A stretch of 64,000 nucleotides of DNA, taken from positions 2,214,831-2,278,830 of the forward strand of contig CM082578.2 of assembly GCA_040954595.2 (NCBI GenBank). The letters are read 5' to 3'. The stretch's first letter is position 1. Each line of letters opens with the position of its first letter. Of the stretch, positions 12,007 through 26,363 are shown one piece after another. A program made the position numbers and the translations under genes. The DNA is from Balanoglossus misakiensis (lineage: Eukaryota; Animalia; Hemichordata). A model generated the notes under the pieces. It was not told the DNA's origin and searched no databases. It was given only the letters and a program-made list of their open reading frames with translations.

Positions 12007-12948
12007 AAACACTGCTTGAATTTCTACAATTATTAAGCAAACGGAAGCTTCACTAACACATAGGCGTACACACAGAGCACGCGGCACGATAATTGTGTGC
12101 GTGGCCAGCTGATTGACAGACCCTATCTTATAATTTATATGGGAGAGAGCGGTTTTGTCTTGTTATATCCTACAAAAAGTGACCATATTAAAGTGGAGAA
12201 ATAATGACCTGATAATTTGTGTGGCCGATCGACCGTCCCTATCTAAGGCCTATATTGGTATGTTATGCAAGACACACTATTCGAAATAACGCCTGTCCGA
12301 CAGTCCGAGACTGGTTGTTTCTCCATCAGACTGATAGTAAAAAAGTTACCAGTCTGGCGGACAGGTTGAATTTAGCGTGGAGTTGACTTGTTTGCGGTAT
12401 CATAGACGTACGTGACCCCATCGTGACCCTGGCTGTCCGGGATAGCACCACCAACGATATCTTTTAGACCATCCTCTGTTTATTAGGCCCCTATTGCAAT
12501 TAATTACCGTCCCTATCTTATATTGGAGGGAACGGGTTTGTCTTGGCATGTTATGCAAAACACTTGAAAGATGAATTTTTTTTTTAATGACGTTTATGAC
12601 ATACAGATGTAACCGACCCCATAAGGTCCCAATGGTATATATTTACATCATACACCAAATTGGACTTAAAACCAAAAATTGAAAGCCGCTGGAGTTTCTG
12701 CGACTATGAACTCAACGTAAGCTGGACACTACTCACTCCGAGCCCGACCTGGTAATTTGTATGTTGTCCATCGAGCGCCTATAGCTTAGACCTATACAGG
12801 AGAGAACGGTTTATGAAGTTATGTTCAACAAAAATATATGATCATGGAATTAAAGAATTTGGAGAAAAAAAATATAATTAAAAATGGACGTTTACGACGA
12901 CAAAAAGGAAGACTGTTTAATGCAAAAGTTAAGAAAAAGGAAAAATTC

Positions 12949-13068
12949 AAGCCTACGGCACGTGGTATTCCCAGGCGGTCACCCATCCAAGTACTAACCA
13001 CGCCCAACGCAGCTTAACTTCGGTGAACGGACGAGAACCGGTGTATTCGACGTGGTATGGCCGTAGGC
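12949..13068 (-). rRNA. 5S rRNA: 5S rRNA (copy 10, A42U variant)
   Basis: Same variant as copy 2. Confidence 0.96.
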
Positions 13069-14014
13069 AAACACTGCTTGAATTTCTACAATTATTAAGC
13101 AAACGGAAGCTTCACTAACACATAGGCGTACACACAGAGCACGCGGCACGATAATTGTGTGCGTGGCCAGCTGATTGACCGACCCTATCTTATAATTTAT
13201 ATGGGAGAGAGCGGTTTTGTCTTGTTATATCCTACAAAAAGTGACCATATTAAAGTGGAGAAATAATGACCTGATAATTTGTGTGGCCGATCGACCGTCC
13301 CTATCTAAGGCCTATATTGGCATGTTATGCAAGACACACTATTCGAAATAACGCCTGTCCGACAGTCCGAGACTGGTTGTTTTTCCATCAGACTGATAGT
13401 AAAAAAGTTACCAGTCCGGCGGACAGGTTGAATTTAGCGTGGAGTTGACTTGTTTGCGGTATCATAGACGTACGTGACCCCATCGTGACCCTGGCTGTCC
13501 GGGATAGCACCACCAACGATATCTTTTAGACCATCCTCTGTTTATTAGGCCCCTATTGCAATTAATTACCGTCCCTATCTTATATTGGAGGGCACGGGTT
13601 TGTCTTGGCATGTTATGCAAAACACTTGAAAGATGAATTTTTTTTTTTAAATGACGTTTATGACATACAGATGTAACCGACCCCATAAGGTCCCAATGGT
13701 ATATATTTACATCATACACCAAATTGGACTTAAAAACCAAAAATTGAAAGCCGCTGGAGTTTCTGCGACTATGAACTCAACGTAAGCTGGACACTACTCA
13801 CTCCGAGCCCGACCTGGTAATTTGTATGTTGTCCATCGAGCGCCTATAGCTTAGACCTATACAGGAGAGAACGGTTTATGAAGTTATGTTCAACAAAAAT
13901 ATATGATCATGGAATTAAAGAATTTGGAGAAAAAAAAATATAATTAAAAATGGACGTTTACGACGACAAAAAGGAAGACTGTTTAATGCAAAAGTTAAGA
14001 AAAAGGAAAAATTC

Positions 14015-14134
14015 AAGCCTACGGCACGTGGTATTCCCAGGCGGTCACCCATCCAAGTACTAACCACGCCCAACGCAGCTTAACTTCGGTGATCGGACGA
14101 GAACCGGTGTATTCGACGTGGTATGGCCGTAGGC
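14015..14134 (-). rRNA. 5S rRNA: 5S rRNA (copy 11)
   Basis: Same 120-nt sequence as copy 1. Confidence 0.96.
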
Positions 14135-15080
14135 AAACACTGCTTGAATTTCTACAATTATTAAGCAAACGGAAGCTTCACTAACACATAGGCGTACACA
14201 CAGAGCACGCGGCACGATAATTGTGTGCGTGGCCAGCTGATTGACCGACCCTATCTTATAATTTATATGGGAGAGAGCGATTTTGTCTTGTTATATCCCA
14301 CAAAAAGTGACCATATTAAAGTGGAGAAATAATGACCTGATAATTTGTGTGGCCGATCGACCGTCCCTATCTAAGGCCTATATTGGTATGTTATGCAAGA
14401 CACACTATTCGAAATAACGCCTGTCCGACAGTCCGAGACTGGTTGTTTTTCCATCAGACTGATAGTAAAAAAGTTACCAGTCCGGCGGACAGGTTGAATT
14501 TAGCGTGGAGTTGACTTGTTTGCGGTATCATAGACGTACGTGACCCCATCGTGACCCTGGCTGTCCGGGATAGCACCACCAACGATATCTTTTAGACCAT
14601 CCTCTGTTTATTAGGCCCCTATTGCAATTAATTACCGTCCCTATCTTATATTGGAGGGCACGGGTTTGTCTTGGCATGTTATGCAAAACACTTGAAAGAT
14701 GAATTTTTTTTTTTAAATGTCGTTTATGACATACAGATGTAACCGACCCCATAAGGTCCCAATGGTATATATTTACATCATACACCAAATTGGACTTAAA
14801 AACCAAAAATTGAAAGCCGCTGGAGTTTCTGCGACTATGAACTCAACGTAAGCTGGACACTACTCACTCCGAGCCCGACCTGGTAATTTGTATGTTGTCC
14901 ATCGAGCGCCTATAGCTTAGACCTATACAGGAGAGAACGGTTTATGAAGTTATGTTCAACAAAAATATATGATCATGGAATTAAAGAATTTGGAGAAAAA
15001 AAAATATAATTAAAAATGGACGTTTACGACGACAAAAAGGAAGACTGTTTAATGCAAAAGTTAAGAAAAAGGAAAAATTC

Positions 15081-15200
15081 AAGCCTACGGCACGTGGTAT
15101 TCCCAGGCGGTCACCCATCCAAGTACTAACCACGCCCAACGCAGCTTAACTTCGGTGATCGGACGAGAACCGGTGTATTCGACGTGGTATGGCCGTAGGC
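15081..15200 (-). rRNA. 5S rRNA: 5S rRNA (copy 12)
   Basis: Same 120-nt sequence as copy 1. Confidence 0.96.
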
Positions 15201-16145
15201 AAACACTGCTTGAATTTCTACAATTATTAAGCAAACGGAAGCTTCACTAACACATAGGCGTACACACAGAGCACGCGGCACGATAATTGTGTGCGTGGCC
15301 AGCTGATTGACCGACCCTATCTTATAATTTATATGGGAGAGAGCGGTTTTGTCTTGTTATATCCCACAAAAAGTGACCATATTAAAGTGGAGAAATAATG
15401 ACCTGATAATTTGTGTGGCCGATCGACCGTCCCTATCTAAGGCCTATATTGGTATGTTATGCAAGACACACTATTCGAAATAACGCCTGTCCGACAGTCC
15501 GAGACTGGTTGTTTTTCCATCAGACTGATAGTAAAAAAGTTACCAGTCCGGCGGACAGGTTGAATTTAGCGTGGAGTTGACTTGTTTGCGGTATCATAGA
15601 CGTACGTGACCCCATCGTGACCCTGGCTGTCCGGGATAGCACCACCAACGATATCTTTTAGACCATCCTCTGTTTATTAGGCCCCTATTGCAATTAATTA
15701 CCGTCCCTATCTTATATTGGAGGGCACGGGTTTGTCTTGGCATGTTATGCAAAACACTTGAAAGATGAATTTTTTTTTTTAAATGTCGTTTATGACATAC
15801 AGATGTAACCGACCCCATAAGGTCCCAATGGTATATATTTACATCATACACCAAATTGGACTTAAAAACCAAAAATTGAAAGCCGCTGGAGTTTCTGCGA
15901 CTATGAACTCAACGTAAGCTGGACACTACTCACTCAGAGCCCGACCTGGTAATTTGTATGTTGTCCATCGAGCGCCTATAGCTTAGACCTATACAGGAGA
16001 GAACGGTTTATGAAGTTATGTTCAACAAAAATATATGATCATGGAATTAAAGAATTTGGAGAAAAAAAATATAATTAAAAATGGACGTTTACGACGACAA
16101 AAAGGAAGACTGTTTAATGCAAAAGTTAAGAAAAAGGAAAAATTC

Positions 16146-16265
16146 AAGCCTACGGCACGTGGTATTCCCAGGCGGTCACCCATCCAAGTACTAACCACGC
16201 CCAACGCAGCTTAACTTCGGTGATCGGACGAGAACCGGTGTATTCGACGTGGTATGGCCGTAGGC
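16146..16265 (-). rRNA. 5S rRNA: 5S rRNA (copy 13)
   Basis: Same 120-nt sequence as copy 1. Confidence 0.96.
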
Positions 16266-17209
16266 AAACACTGCTTGAATTTCTACAATTATTAAGCAAA
16301 CGGAAGCTTCACTAACACATAGGCGTACACACAGAGCACGCGGCACGATAATTGTGTGCGTGGCCAGCTGATTGACCGACCCTATCTTATAATTTATATG
16401 GGAGAGAGCGGTTTTGTCTTGTTATATCCTACAAAAAGTGACCATATTAAAGTGGAGAAATAATGACCTGATAATTTGTGTGGCCGATCGACCGTCCCTA
16501 TCTAAGGCCTATATTGGTATGTTATGCAAGACACACTATTCGAAATAACGCCTGTCCGACAGTCCGAGACTGGTTGTTTCTCCATCAGACTGATAGTAAA
16601 AAAGTTACCAGTCCGGCGGACAGGTTGAATTTAGCGTGGAGTTGACTTGTTTGCGGTATCATAGACGTACGTGACCCCATCGTGACCCTGGCTGTCCGGG
16701 ATAGCACCACCAACGATATCTTTTAGACCATCCTCTGTTTATTAGGCCCCTATTGCAATTAATTACCGTCCCTATCTTATATTGGAGGGCACGGGTTTGT
16801 CTTGGCATGTTATGCAAAACACTTGAAAGATGATTTTTTTTTTTAAATGACGTTTATGACATACAGATGTAACCGACCCCATAAGGTCCCAATGGTATAT
16901 ATTTACATCATACACCAAATTGGACTTAAAAACCAAAAATTGAAAGCCGCTGGAGTTTCTGCGACTATGAACTCAACGTAAGCTGGACACTACTCACTCC
17001 GAGCCCGACCTGGTAATTTGTATGTTGTCCATCGAGCGCCTATAGCTTAGACCTATACAGGAGAGAACGGTTTATGAAGTTATGTTCAACAAAAATATAT
17101 GATCATGGAATTAAAGAATTTGGAGAAAAAAAATATAATTAAAAATGGACGTTTACGACGACAAAAAGGAAGACTGTTTAATGCAAAAGTTAAGAAAAAT
17201 GAAAAATTC

Positions 17210-17329
17210 AAGCCTACGGCACGTGGTATTCCCAGGCGGTCACCCATCCAAGTACTAACCACGCCCAACGCAGCTTAACTTCGGTGATCGGACGAGAACC
17301 GGTGTATTCGACGTGGTATGGCCGTAGGC
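17210..17329 (-). rRNA. 5S rRNA: 5S rRNA (copy 14)
   Basis: Same 120-nt sequence as copy 1. Confidence 0.96.
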
Positions 17330-18281
17330 AAACACTGCTTGAATTTCTACAATTATTAAGCAAACGGAAGCTTCACTGACACATAGGCGTACACACAGAG
17401 CACGTGGCACGATAATTGTGTGCGTGGCCAGCTGATTGACCGACCCTATCTTATAATTTATATGGGAGAGAGCGGTTTTGTCTTGTTATATCCTACAAAA
17501 AGTGACCATATTAAAGTGGAGAAATAATGACCTGATAATTTGTGTGGCCGATCGACCGTCCCTATCTAAGGCCTATATTGTTATGTTATGCAAGACACAC
17601 TATTCGAAATAACGCCTGTCCGACAGTCCGAGACTGGTTGTTTTTCCATCAGACTGATAGTAAAAAAGTTACCAGTCCGGCGGACAGGTTGAATTTAGCG
17701 TGGAGTTGACTTGTTTGCGGTATCATAGACGTACATGTACGTGACCCCATCGTGACCCTGGCTGTCCGGGATAGCACCACCAACGATATCTTTTAGACCA
17801 TCCTCTGTTTATTAGGCCCCTATTGCAATTAATTACCGTCCCTATCTTATATTGGAGGGCACGGGTTTGTCTTGGCATGTTATGCAAAACACTTGAAAGA
17901 TGAATTTTTTTTTTTTAAATGACGTTTATGACATACAGATGTAACCGACCCCATAAGGTCCCAATGGTATATATTTACATCATACACCAAATTGGACTTA
18001 AAAACCAAAAATTGAAAGCCGCTGGAGTTTCTGCGACTATGAACTCAACGTAAGCTGGACACTACTCACTCCGAGCCCGACCTGGTAATTTGTATGTTGT
18101 CCATCGAGCGCCTATAGCTTAGACCTATACAGGAGAGAACGGTTTATGAAGTTATGTTCAACAAAAATATATGATCATGGAATTAAAGAATTTGGAGAAA
18201 AAAAATATAATTAAAAATGGACGTTTACGACGACAAAAAGGAAGACTGTTTAATGCAAAAGTTAAGAAAAATGAAAAATTC

Positions 18282-18401
18282 AAGCCTACGGCACGTGGTA
18301 TTCCCAGGCGGTCACCCATCCAAGTACTAACCACGCCCAACGCAGCTTAACTTCGGTGATCGGACGAGAACCGGTGTATTCGACGTGGTATGGCCGTAGG
18401 C
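18282..18401 (-). rRNA. 5S rRNA: 5S rRNA (copy 15)
   Basis: Same 120-nt sequence as copy 1. Confidence 0.96.
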
Positions 18402-19344
18402 AAACACTGCTTGAATTTCTACAATTATTAAGCAAACGGAAGCTTCACTGACACATAGGCGTACACACAGAGCACGCGGCACGATAATTGTGTGCGTGGC
18501 CAGCTGATTGACCGACCCTATCTTATAATTTATATGGGAGAGAGCGGTTTTGTCTTGTTATATCCTACAAAAAGTGACCATATTAAAGTGGAGAAATAAT
18601 GACCTGATAATTTGTGTGGCCGATCGACCGTCCCTATCTAAGGCCTATATTGGTATGTTATGCAAGACACACTATTCGAAATAACGCCTGTCCGACAGTC
18701 CGAGACTGGTTGTTTTTCCATCAGACTGATAGTAAAAAAGTTACCAGTCCGGCGGACAGGTTGAATTTAGCGTGGAGTTGACTTGTTTGCGGTATCATAG
18801 ACGTACGTGACCCCATCGTGACCCTGGCTGTCCGGGATAGCACCACCAACGATATCTTTTAGACCATCCTCTGTTTATTAGGCCCCTATTGCAATTAATT
18901 ACCGTCCCTATCTTATATTGGAGGGAACGGGTTTGTCTTGGCATGTTATGCAAAACACTTGAAAGATGAATTTTTTTTTTAAATGACGTTTATGACATAT
19001 AGATGTAACCGACCCCATAAGGTCCCAATGGTATATATTTACATCATACACCAAATTGGACTTAAAAACCAAAAATTGAAAGCCGCTGGAGTTTCTGCGA
19101 CTATGAACTCAACGTAAGCTGGACACTACTCACTCCGAGCCCGACCTGGTAATTTGTATGTTGTCCATCGAGCGCCTATAGCTTAGACCTATACAGGAGA
19201 GAACGGTTTATGAAGTTATGTTCAACAAAAATATATGATCATGGAATTAAAGAATTTGGAGAAAAAAATATAATTAAAAATGGACGTTTACGACGACAAA
19301 AAGGAAGACTGTTTAATGCAAAAGTTAAGAAAAAGGAAAAATTC

Positions 19345-19464
19345 AAGCCTACGGCACGTGGTATTCCCAGGCGGTCACCCATCCAAGTACTAACCACGCC
19401 CAACGCAGCTTAACTTCGGTGATCGGACGAGAACCGGTGTATTCGACGTGGTATGGCCGTAGGC
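19345..19464 (-). rRNA. 5S rRNA: 5S rRNA (copy 16)
   Basis: Same 120-nt sequence as copy 1. Confidence 0.96.
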
Positions 19465-20408
19465 AAACACTGCTTGAATTTCTACAATTATTAAGCAAAC
19501 GGAAGCTTCACTGACACATAGGCGTACACACAGAGCACGCGGCACGATAATTGTGTGCGTGGCCAGCTGATTGACCGACCCTATCTTATAATTTATATGG
19601 GAGAGAGCGGTTTTGTCTTGTTATATCCTACAAAAAGTGACCATATTAAAGTGGAGAAATAATGACCTGATAATTTGTGTGGCCGATCGACCGTCCCTAT
19701 CTAAGGCCTATATTGGTATGTTATGCAAGACACACTATTCGAAATAACGCCTGTCCGACAGTCCGAGACTGGTTGTTTTTCCATCAGACTGATAGTAAAA
19801 AAGTTACCAGTCCGGCGGACAGGTTGAATTTAGCGTGGAGTTGACTTGTTTGCGGTATCATAGACGTACGTGACCCCATCGTGACCCTGGCTGTCCGGGA
19901 TAGCACCACCAACGATATCTTTTAGACCATCCTCTGTTTATTAGGCCCCTATTGCAATTAATTACCGTCCCTATCTTATATTGGAGGGAACGGGTTTGTC
20001 TTGGCATGTTATGCAAAACACTTGAAAGATGAATTTTTTTTTTAAATGACGTTTATGACATATAGATGTAACCGACCCCATAAGGTCCCAATGGTATATA
20101 TTTACATCATACACCAAATTGGACTTAAAAACCAAAAATTGAAAGCCGCTGGAGTTTCTGCGACTATGAACTCAACGTAAGCTGGACACTACTCACTCCG
20201 AGCCCGACCTGGTAATTTGTATGTTGTCCATCGAGCGCCTATAGCTTAGACCTATACAGGAGAGAACGGTTTATGAAGTTATGTTCAACAAAAATATATG
20301 ATCATGGAATTAAAGAATTTGGAGAAAAAAAATATAATTAAAAATGGACGTTTACGACGACAAAAAGGAAGACTGTTTAATGCAAAAGTTAAGAAAAAGG
20401 AAAATTTC

Positions 20409-20528
20409 AAGCCTACGGCACGTGGTATTCCCAGGCGGTCACCCATCCAAGTACTAACCACGCCCAACGCAGCTTAACTTCGGTGATCGGACGAGAACCG
20501 GTGTATTCGACTTGGTATGGCCGTAGGC
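20409..20528 (-). rRNA. 5S rRNA: 5S rRNA (copy 17, C17A variant)
   Basis: As copy 1, substitution at 20512. Confidence 0.96.
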
Positions 20529-21472
20529 AAACACTGCTTGAATTTCTACAATTATTAAGCAAACGGAAGCTTCACTGACACATAGGCGTACACACAGAGC
20601 ACGCGGCACGATAATTGTGTGCGTGGCCAGCTGATTGACCGACCCTATCTTATAATTTATATGGGAGAGAGCGGTTTTGTCTTGTTATATCCTACAAAAA
20701 GTGACCATATTAAAGTGGAGAAATAATGACCTGATAATTTGTGTGGCCGATCGACCGTCCCTATCTAAGGCCTATATTGGTATGTTATGCAAGACACACT
20801 ATTCGAAATAACGCCTGTCCGACAGTCCGAGACTGGTTGTTTTTCCATCAGACTGATAGTAAAAAAGTTACCAGTCCGGCGGACAGGTTGAATTTAGCGT
20901 GGAGTTGACTTGTTTGCGGTATCATAGACGTACGTGACCCCATCGTGACCCTGGCTGTCCGGGATAGCACCACCAACGATATCTTTTAGACCATCCTCTG
21001 TTTATTAGGCCCCTATTGCAATTAATTACCGTCCCTATCTTATATTGGAGGGAACGGGTTTGTCTTGGCATGTTATGCAAAACACTTGAAAGATGATTTT
21101 TTTTTTTAAATGACGTTTATGACATACAGATGTAACCGACCCCATAAGGTCCCAATGGTATATATTTACATCATACACCAAATTGGACTTAAAAACCAAA
21201 AATTGAAAGCCGCTGGAGTTTCTGCGACTATGAACTCAACGTAAGCTGGACACTACTCACTCCGAGCCCGACCTGGTAATTTGTATGTTGTCCATCGAGC
21301 GCCTATAGCTTAGACCTATACAGGAGAGAACGGTTTATGAAGTTATGTTCAACAAAAATATATGATCATGGAATTAAAGAATTTGGAGAAAAAAAATATA
21401 ATTAAAAATGGACGTTTACGACGACAAAAAGGAAGACTGTTTAATGCAAAAGTTAAGAAAAAGGAAAAATTC

Positions 21473-21592
21473 AAGCCTACGGCACGTGGTATTCCCAGGC
21501 GGTCACCCATCCAAGTACTAACCACGCCCAACGCAGCTTAACTTCGGTGATCGGACGAGAACCGGTGTATTCGACGTGGTATGGCCGTAGGC
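21473..21592 (-). rRNA. 5S rRNA: 5S rRNA (copy 18)
   Basis: Same 120-nt sequence as copy 1. Confidence 0.96.
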
Positions 21593-22537
21593 AAACACTG
21601 CTTGAATTTCTACAATTATTAAGCAAACGGAAGCTTCACTAACACATAGGCGTACACACAGAGCACGCGGCACGATAATTGTGTGCGTGGCCAGCTGATT
21701 GACCGACCCTATCTTATAATTTATATGGGAGAGAGCGGTTTTGTCTTGTTATATCCTACAAAAAGTGACCATATTAAAGTGGAGAAATAATGACCTGATA
21801 ATTTGTGTGGCCGATCGACCGTCCCTATCTAAGACCTATATTGGTATGTTATGCAAGACACACTATTCGAAATAACGCCTGTCCGACAGTCCGAGACTGG
21901 TTGTTTTTCCATCAGACTGATAGTAAAAAAGTTACCAGTCCGGCGGACAGGTTGAATTTAGCGTGGAGTTGACTTGTTTGCGGTATCATAGACGTACGTG
22001 ACCCCATCGTGACCCTGGCTGTCCGGGATAGCACCACCAACGATATCTTTTAGACCATCCTCTGTTTATTAGGCCCCTATTGCAATTAATTACCGTCCCT
22101 ATCTTATATTGGAGGGCACGGGTTTGTCTTGGCATGTTATGCAAAACACTTGAAAGATGAATTTTTTTTTTTAAATGACGTTTATGACATACAGATGTAA
22201 CCGACCCCATAAGGTCCCAATGGTATATATTTACATCATACACCAAATTGGACTTAAAAACCAAAAATTGAAAGCCGCTGGAGTTTCTGCGACTATGAAC
22301 TCAACGTAAGCTGGACACTACTCACTCCGAGCCCGACCTGGTAATTTGTATGTTGTCCATCGAGCGCCTATAGCTTAGACCTATACAGGAGAGAACGGTT
22401 TATGAAGTTATGTTCAACAAAAATATATGATCATGGAATTAAAGAATTTGGAGAAAAAAAATATAATTAAAAATGGACGTTTACGACGACAAAAAGGAAG
22501 ACTGTTTAATGCAAAAGTTAAGAAAGAGGAAAAATTC

Positions 22538-22657
22538 AAGCCTACAGCACGTGGTATTCCCAGGCGGTCACCCATCCAAGTACTAACCACGCCCAACGCA
22601 GCTTAACTTCGGTGATCGGACGAGAACCGGTGTATTCGACGTGGTATGGCCGTAGGC
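22538..22657 (-). rRNA. 5S rRNA: 5S rRNA (copy 19, C112U variant)
   Basis: As copy 1, substitution at 22546 (gives a G-U pair in helix I). Confidence 0.96.
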
Positions 22658-23156
22658 AAACACTGCTTGAATTTCTACAATTATTAAGCAAACGGAAGCT
22701 TCACTAACACATAGGCGTACACACAGAGCACGCGGCACGATAATTGTGTGCGTGGCCAGCTGATTGACCGACCCTATCTTATAATTTATATGGGAGAGAG
22801 CGGTTTTGTCTTGTTATATCCTACAAAAAGTGACCATATTAAAGTGGAGAAATAATGACCTCATAATTTGTGTGGCCGATCGACCGTCCCTATCTAAGAC
22901 CTATATTGGTATGTTATGCAAGACACACTATTCGAAATAACGCCTGTCCGACAGTCCGAGACTGGTTGTTTTTCCATCAGACTGATAGTAAAAAAGTTAC
23001 CAGTCCGGCGGACAGGTTGAATTTAGCGTGGAGTTGACTTGTTTGCGGTATCATAGACGTACGTGACCCCATCGTGACCCTGGCTGTCCGGGATAGCACC
23101 ACCAACGATATCTTTTAGACCATCCTCTGTTTATTAGGCCCCTATTGCAATTAATT

Positions 23157-25180
23157 GGCAGAAAAAATGTGGAGAAAATCTAGGTTGGAAGTACATCGCC
23201 AGATTTACAGGGCCTGTCGGACCGACGTCGTTCGCCTTGTGGATGCTGCTAAAAAGAACCATTATGTCGGCCTTGTTGACGAGTGCTCAGGTAACCAAAA
23301 ACAATTATTCAAGGTCGTAAAGGGACTGCTTGGTCACAATAACACATCCACTGTACTACCAAAACATGATGATTCTCTGGAATTAGCAAATCGTTTTGCA
23401 AAATTCTTCATTAATCGCGTAAAATCACTAACTATAAATATGGGCAATTCCATTCGACATCATTCACAACCACAAACTGAATTGAAATCCGATTGTCGCC
23501 TTAATGCCTTTGAGCCTACAACTGCTGATGAAATTGACAAGGTTATTCGTGCATCGCCTTCATCTACTTGTCGGCTTGATCCGATTCCTACCAAGATCTT
23601 CACACATTCTGACATTTTACAAGTTGTGTTACCACATATCACAGAAATCTTCAATAACTCTCTGCAGTATGGTGTTGTACCTCCTCATTTCAAGGAAGGC
23701 GTCGTTAAACCTCTACTTAAAAAGCCATCTCTTGATCATGAAGTTCTCAAAAATTTCCGTCCTGTATCCAACCTGCCGTTTTTGTCGAAGATCCTGGAAC
23801 GTATTGTTGCCAAGAGACTGACTTCTCACATTGTCAACCATTCATTGGACGAGCCTTTGCAATCTGCTTACAAGCCAGGACACAGTACTGAGACTGCTCT
23901 CCTCAAAGTAACAAATGACATTTTGCTTGCTCTTGATGAAAAAAGAGATGTTTTCTTGGTATTACTCGATCTTTCCGCAGCATTTGACACTGTGAACCAT
24001 ACCATTTTACTCAATCGCTTAAGAGACCGCTTTGGTCTCTCTGATACTGTTCTCATGTGGTTTAAGTCATACCTTCCAATCGTAGTCAGTGTGTACTTGT
24101 AAATTCCACCCAATCACCTTTTTATCCGCTCGACACTGGGGTACCACAGGGATCAGTTCTTGGTCCCATACTTTTCAATATGTACACGTCTCCATTAGGT
24201 GAATTAGTTCAAAGTCATGGTTGTCTTTATAGTTTTTATGCAGATGACTCTTCACTTTATATGTCTTTTAGTAAAGACAACGCAGCAAAAACTGTTTCAA
24301 ATCTTGAACTTTGTATATCTGATGTTAGGTTTTGGATGTCTGAAAACTTCTTGTGCTTAAACGATGATAAGACTGAATTTGTTATTTTCTCTGGTATTTT
24401 GGGTGATCTGTCTGCTAGAGGGATTTCAGAAATTCGTGTTGGCGATTCTCTGATTCCCGTCCACTGTCAGGCTAAGAGCCTTGGAGTGATCCTTGACTCT
24501 TGTCTGACAATGAAGCCACATATTGGACAGATCTGCTGCTCTGCCACTTTTCATTTACGTCGCATTGCGCTTATCCGCAAATATTTATCTCATTCTGCTA
24601 CAGAGCAATTAGTTCATGCATTCATTACGTCTCGAATTGATTCATGTAATTCACTTTTATTTGGGCTCCCGAAGTATTCAATCAACCGTATCCAACGCGT
24701 TCAGAATATTGCTGCTAGAATTGTAACTCGTTCAAAAATCACCTGTCACATCACTCCAATTTTGTATCAGTTGCACTGGCTACCTGTTACAGAGCGTATT
24801 GTTTTTAAGATGTTAGTTCTCATTTTTAAATCCATTCATAAACTTGGTCCAATCTATCTTTCAAGCATGACTAATCTATATGTTCCGTGTCGCAATTTAA
24901 GGTCAGCGGATCAGTTCAAACTCTGCCCTGTTCGATCACGCACCAAGAGTTATGGTGATCGTGCTTTTACTGTTGCTGCTCCAATTCTTTGGAATAATCT
25001 TCCACTCACCATTCGCCAGGCACCAGACTTATCTGTTTCTAAATCAAATGTTAATACTTTACTTTTTAAATCTGTTTTTTAGCCATTTGTTGTATTGTAC
25101 TTTTGCTTTAAGCGTCATTGATCACATTTTTTGTGGATACTGACGCTATACAAATAAATTATTATTATTATTATTCTTAT
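23157..25180 (+). mobile_element. L2/Crack-like non-LTR retrotransposon (LINE family B, copy B1), 5'-truncated, replacing ~227 bp of spacer
   Basis: RT motifs QSAYKPGHSTETAL, LDLSAAFDTV, YADD, HITPILYQLHWLPV; 3' stem-loop AGCGTCA...GGATAC-TGACGCT followed by (ATT)n; no TSD, spacer deleted between ...GCAATTAATT and TACTCAC. Confidence 0.9.
23158..25082 (+). pseudogene. Truncated LINE ORF2 RT with a frameshift near 24074
   Basis: ORFs 23155-24102 and 24180-25082 join if one base is restored at KSYL, giving NRSQCV...TGVPQGSVLGPILFNMY; no endonuclease domain present. Confidence 0.88.
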
Positions 25181-25399
25181 TACTCACTCCGAGCCCGACC
25201 TGGTAATTTGTATGTTGTCCATCGAGCGCCTATAGCTTAGACCTATACAGGAGAGAACGGTTTATGAAGTTATGTTCAACAAAAATATATGATCATGGAA
25301 TTAAAGAATTTGGAGAAAAAAAATATAATTAAAAATGGACGTTTACGACGACAAAAAGGAAGACTGTTTAATGCAAAAGTTAAGAAAAAGGAAAAATTC

Positions 25400-25519
25400 A
25401 AGCCTACGGCACGTGGTATTCCCAGGCGGTCACCCATCCAAGTACTAACCACGCCCAACGCAGCTTAACTTCGGTGATCGGACGAGAACCGGTGTATTCG
25501 ACGTGGTATGGCCGTAGGC
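25400..25519 (-). rRNA. 5S rRNA: 5S rRNA (copy 20)
   Basis: Same 120-nt sequence as copy 1. Confidence 0.96.
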
Positions 25520-25753
25520 AAACACTGCTTGAATTTCTACAATTATTAAGCAAACAGAAGCTTCACTAACACATAGGCGTACACACAGAGCACGCGGCAC
25601 GATAATTGTGTGCGTGGCCAGCTGATTGACCGACCCTATCTTATAATTTATATGGGAGAGAGCGGTTTTGTCTTGTTATATCCTACAAAAAGTGACCATA
25701 TTAAAGTGGAGAAATAATGACCTGATAATTTGTGTGGCCGATCGACCGTCCCT

Positions 25754-26024
25754 ATCAGTTCAAACTCTGCCCTGTTCGATCACGCACCAAGAGTTATGGT
25801 GATCGTGCTTTTACTGTTGCTGCTCCAATTCTTTGGAATAATCTTCCACTCACCATTCGCCAGGCACCAGACTTATCTGTTTCTAAATCAAATGTTAATA
25901 CTTTACTTTTTAAATCTGTTTTTTAGCCATTTGTTGTATTGTACTTTTGCTTTAAGCGTCATTGATCACATTTTTTGTGGATACTGACGCTATACAAATA
26001 AATTATTATTATTATTATTCTTAT
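25754..26024 (+). mobile_element. 3'-terminal ~270 bp of LINE family B (copy B2)
   Basis: Matches 24910-25180 including the private ATTCTT interruption of the tail; ATC microhomology at the 5' junction; same 3' junction as B1. Confidence 0.9.
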
Positions 26025-26243
26025 TACTCACTCCGAGCCCGACCTGGTAATTTGTATGTTGTCCATCGAGCGCCTATAGCTTAGACCTATACAGGAGAGA
26101 ACGGTTTATGAAGTTATGTTCAACAAAAATATATGATCATGGAATTAAAGAATTTGGAGAAAAAAAATATAATTAAAAATGGACGTTTACGACGACAAAA
26201 AGGAAGACTGTTTAATGCAAAAGTTAAGAAAAAGGAAAAATTC

Positions 26244-26363
26244 AAGCCTACGGCACGTGGTATTCCCAGGCGGTCACCCATCCAAGTACTAACCACGCCC
26301 AACGCAGCTTAACTTCGGTGATCGGACGAGAACCGGTGTATTCGACGTGGTATGGCCGTAGGC
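26244..26363 (-). rRNA. 5S rRNA: 5S rRNA (copy 21)
   Basis: Same 120-nt sequence as copy 1. Confidence 0.96.

Noticed and set aside
25754-26363. Nascent 5S-derived SINE (SINE3-like: 5S head + LINE tail)
   Set aside because: The LINE tail is antisense to the 5S gene and lies beyond intact Pol III terminators, so a 5S transcript would not end in the LINE 3' tail.
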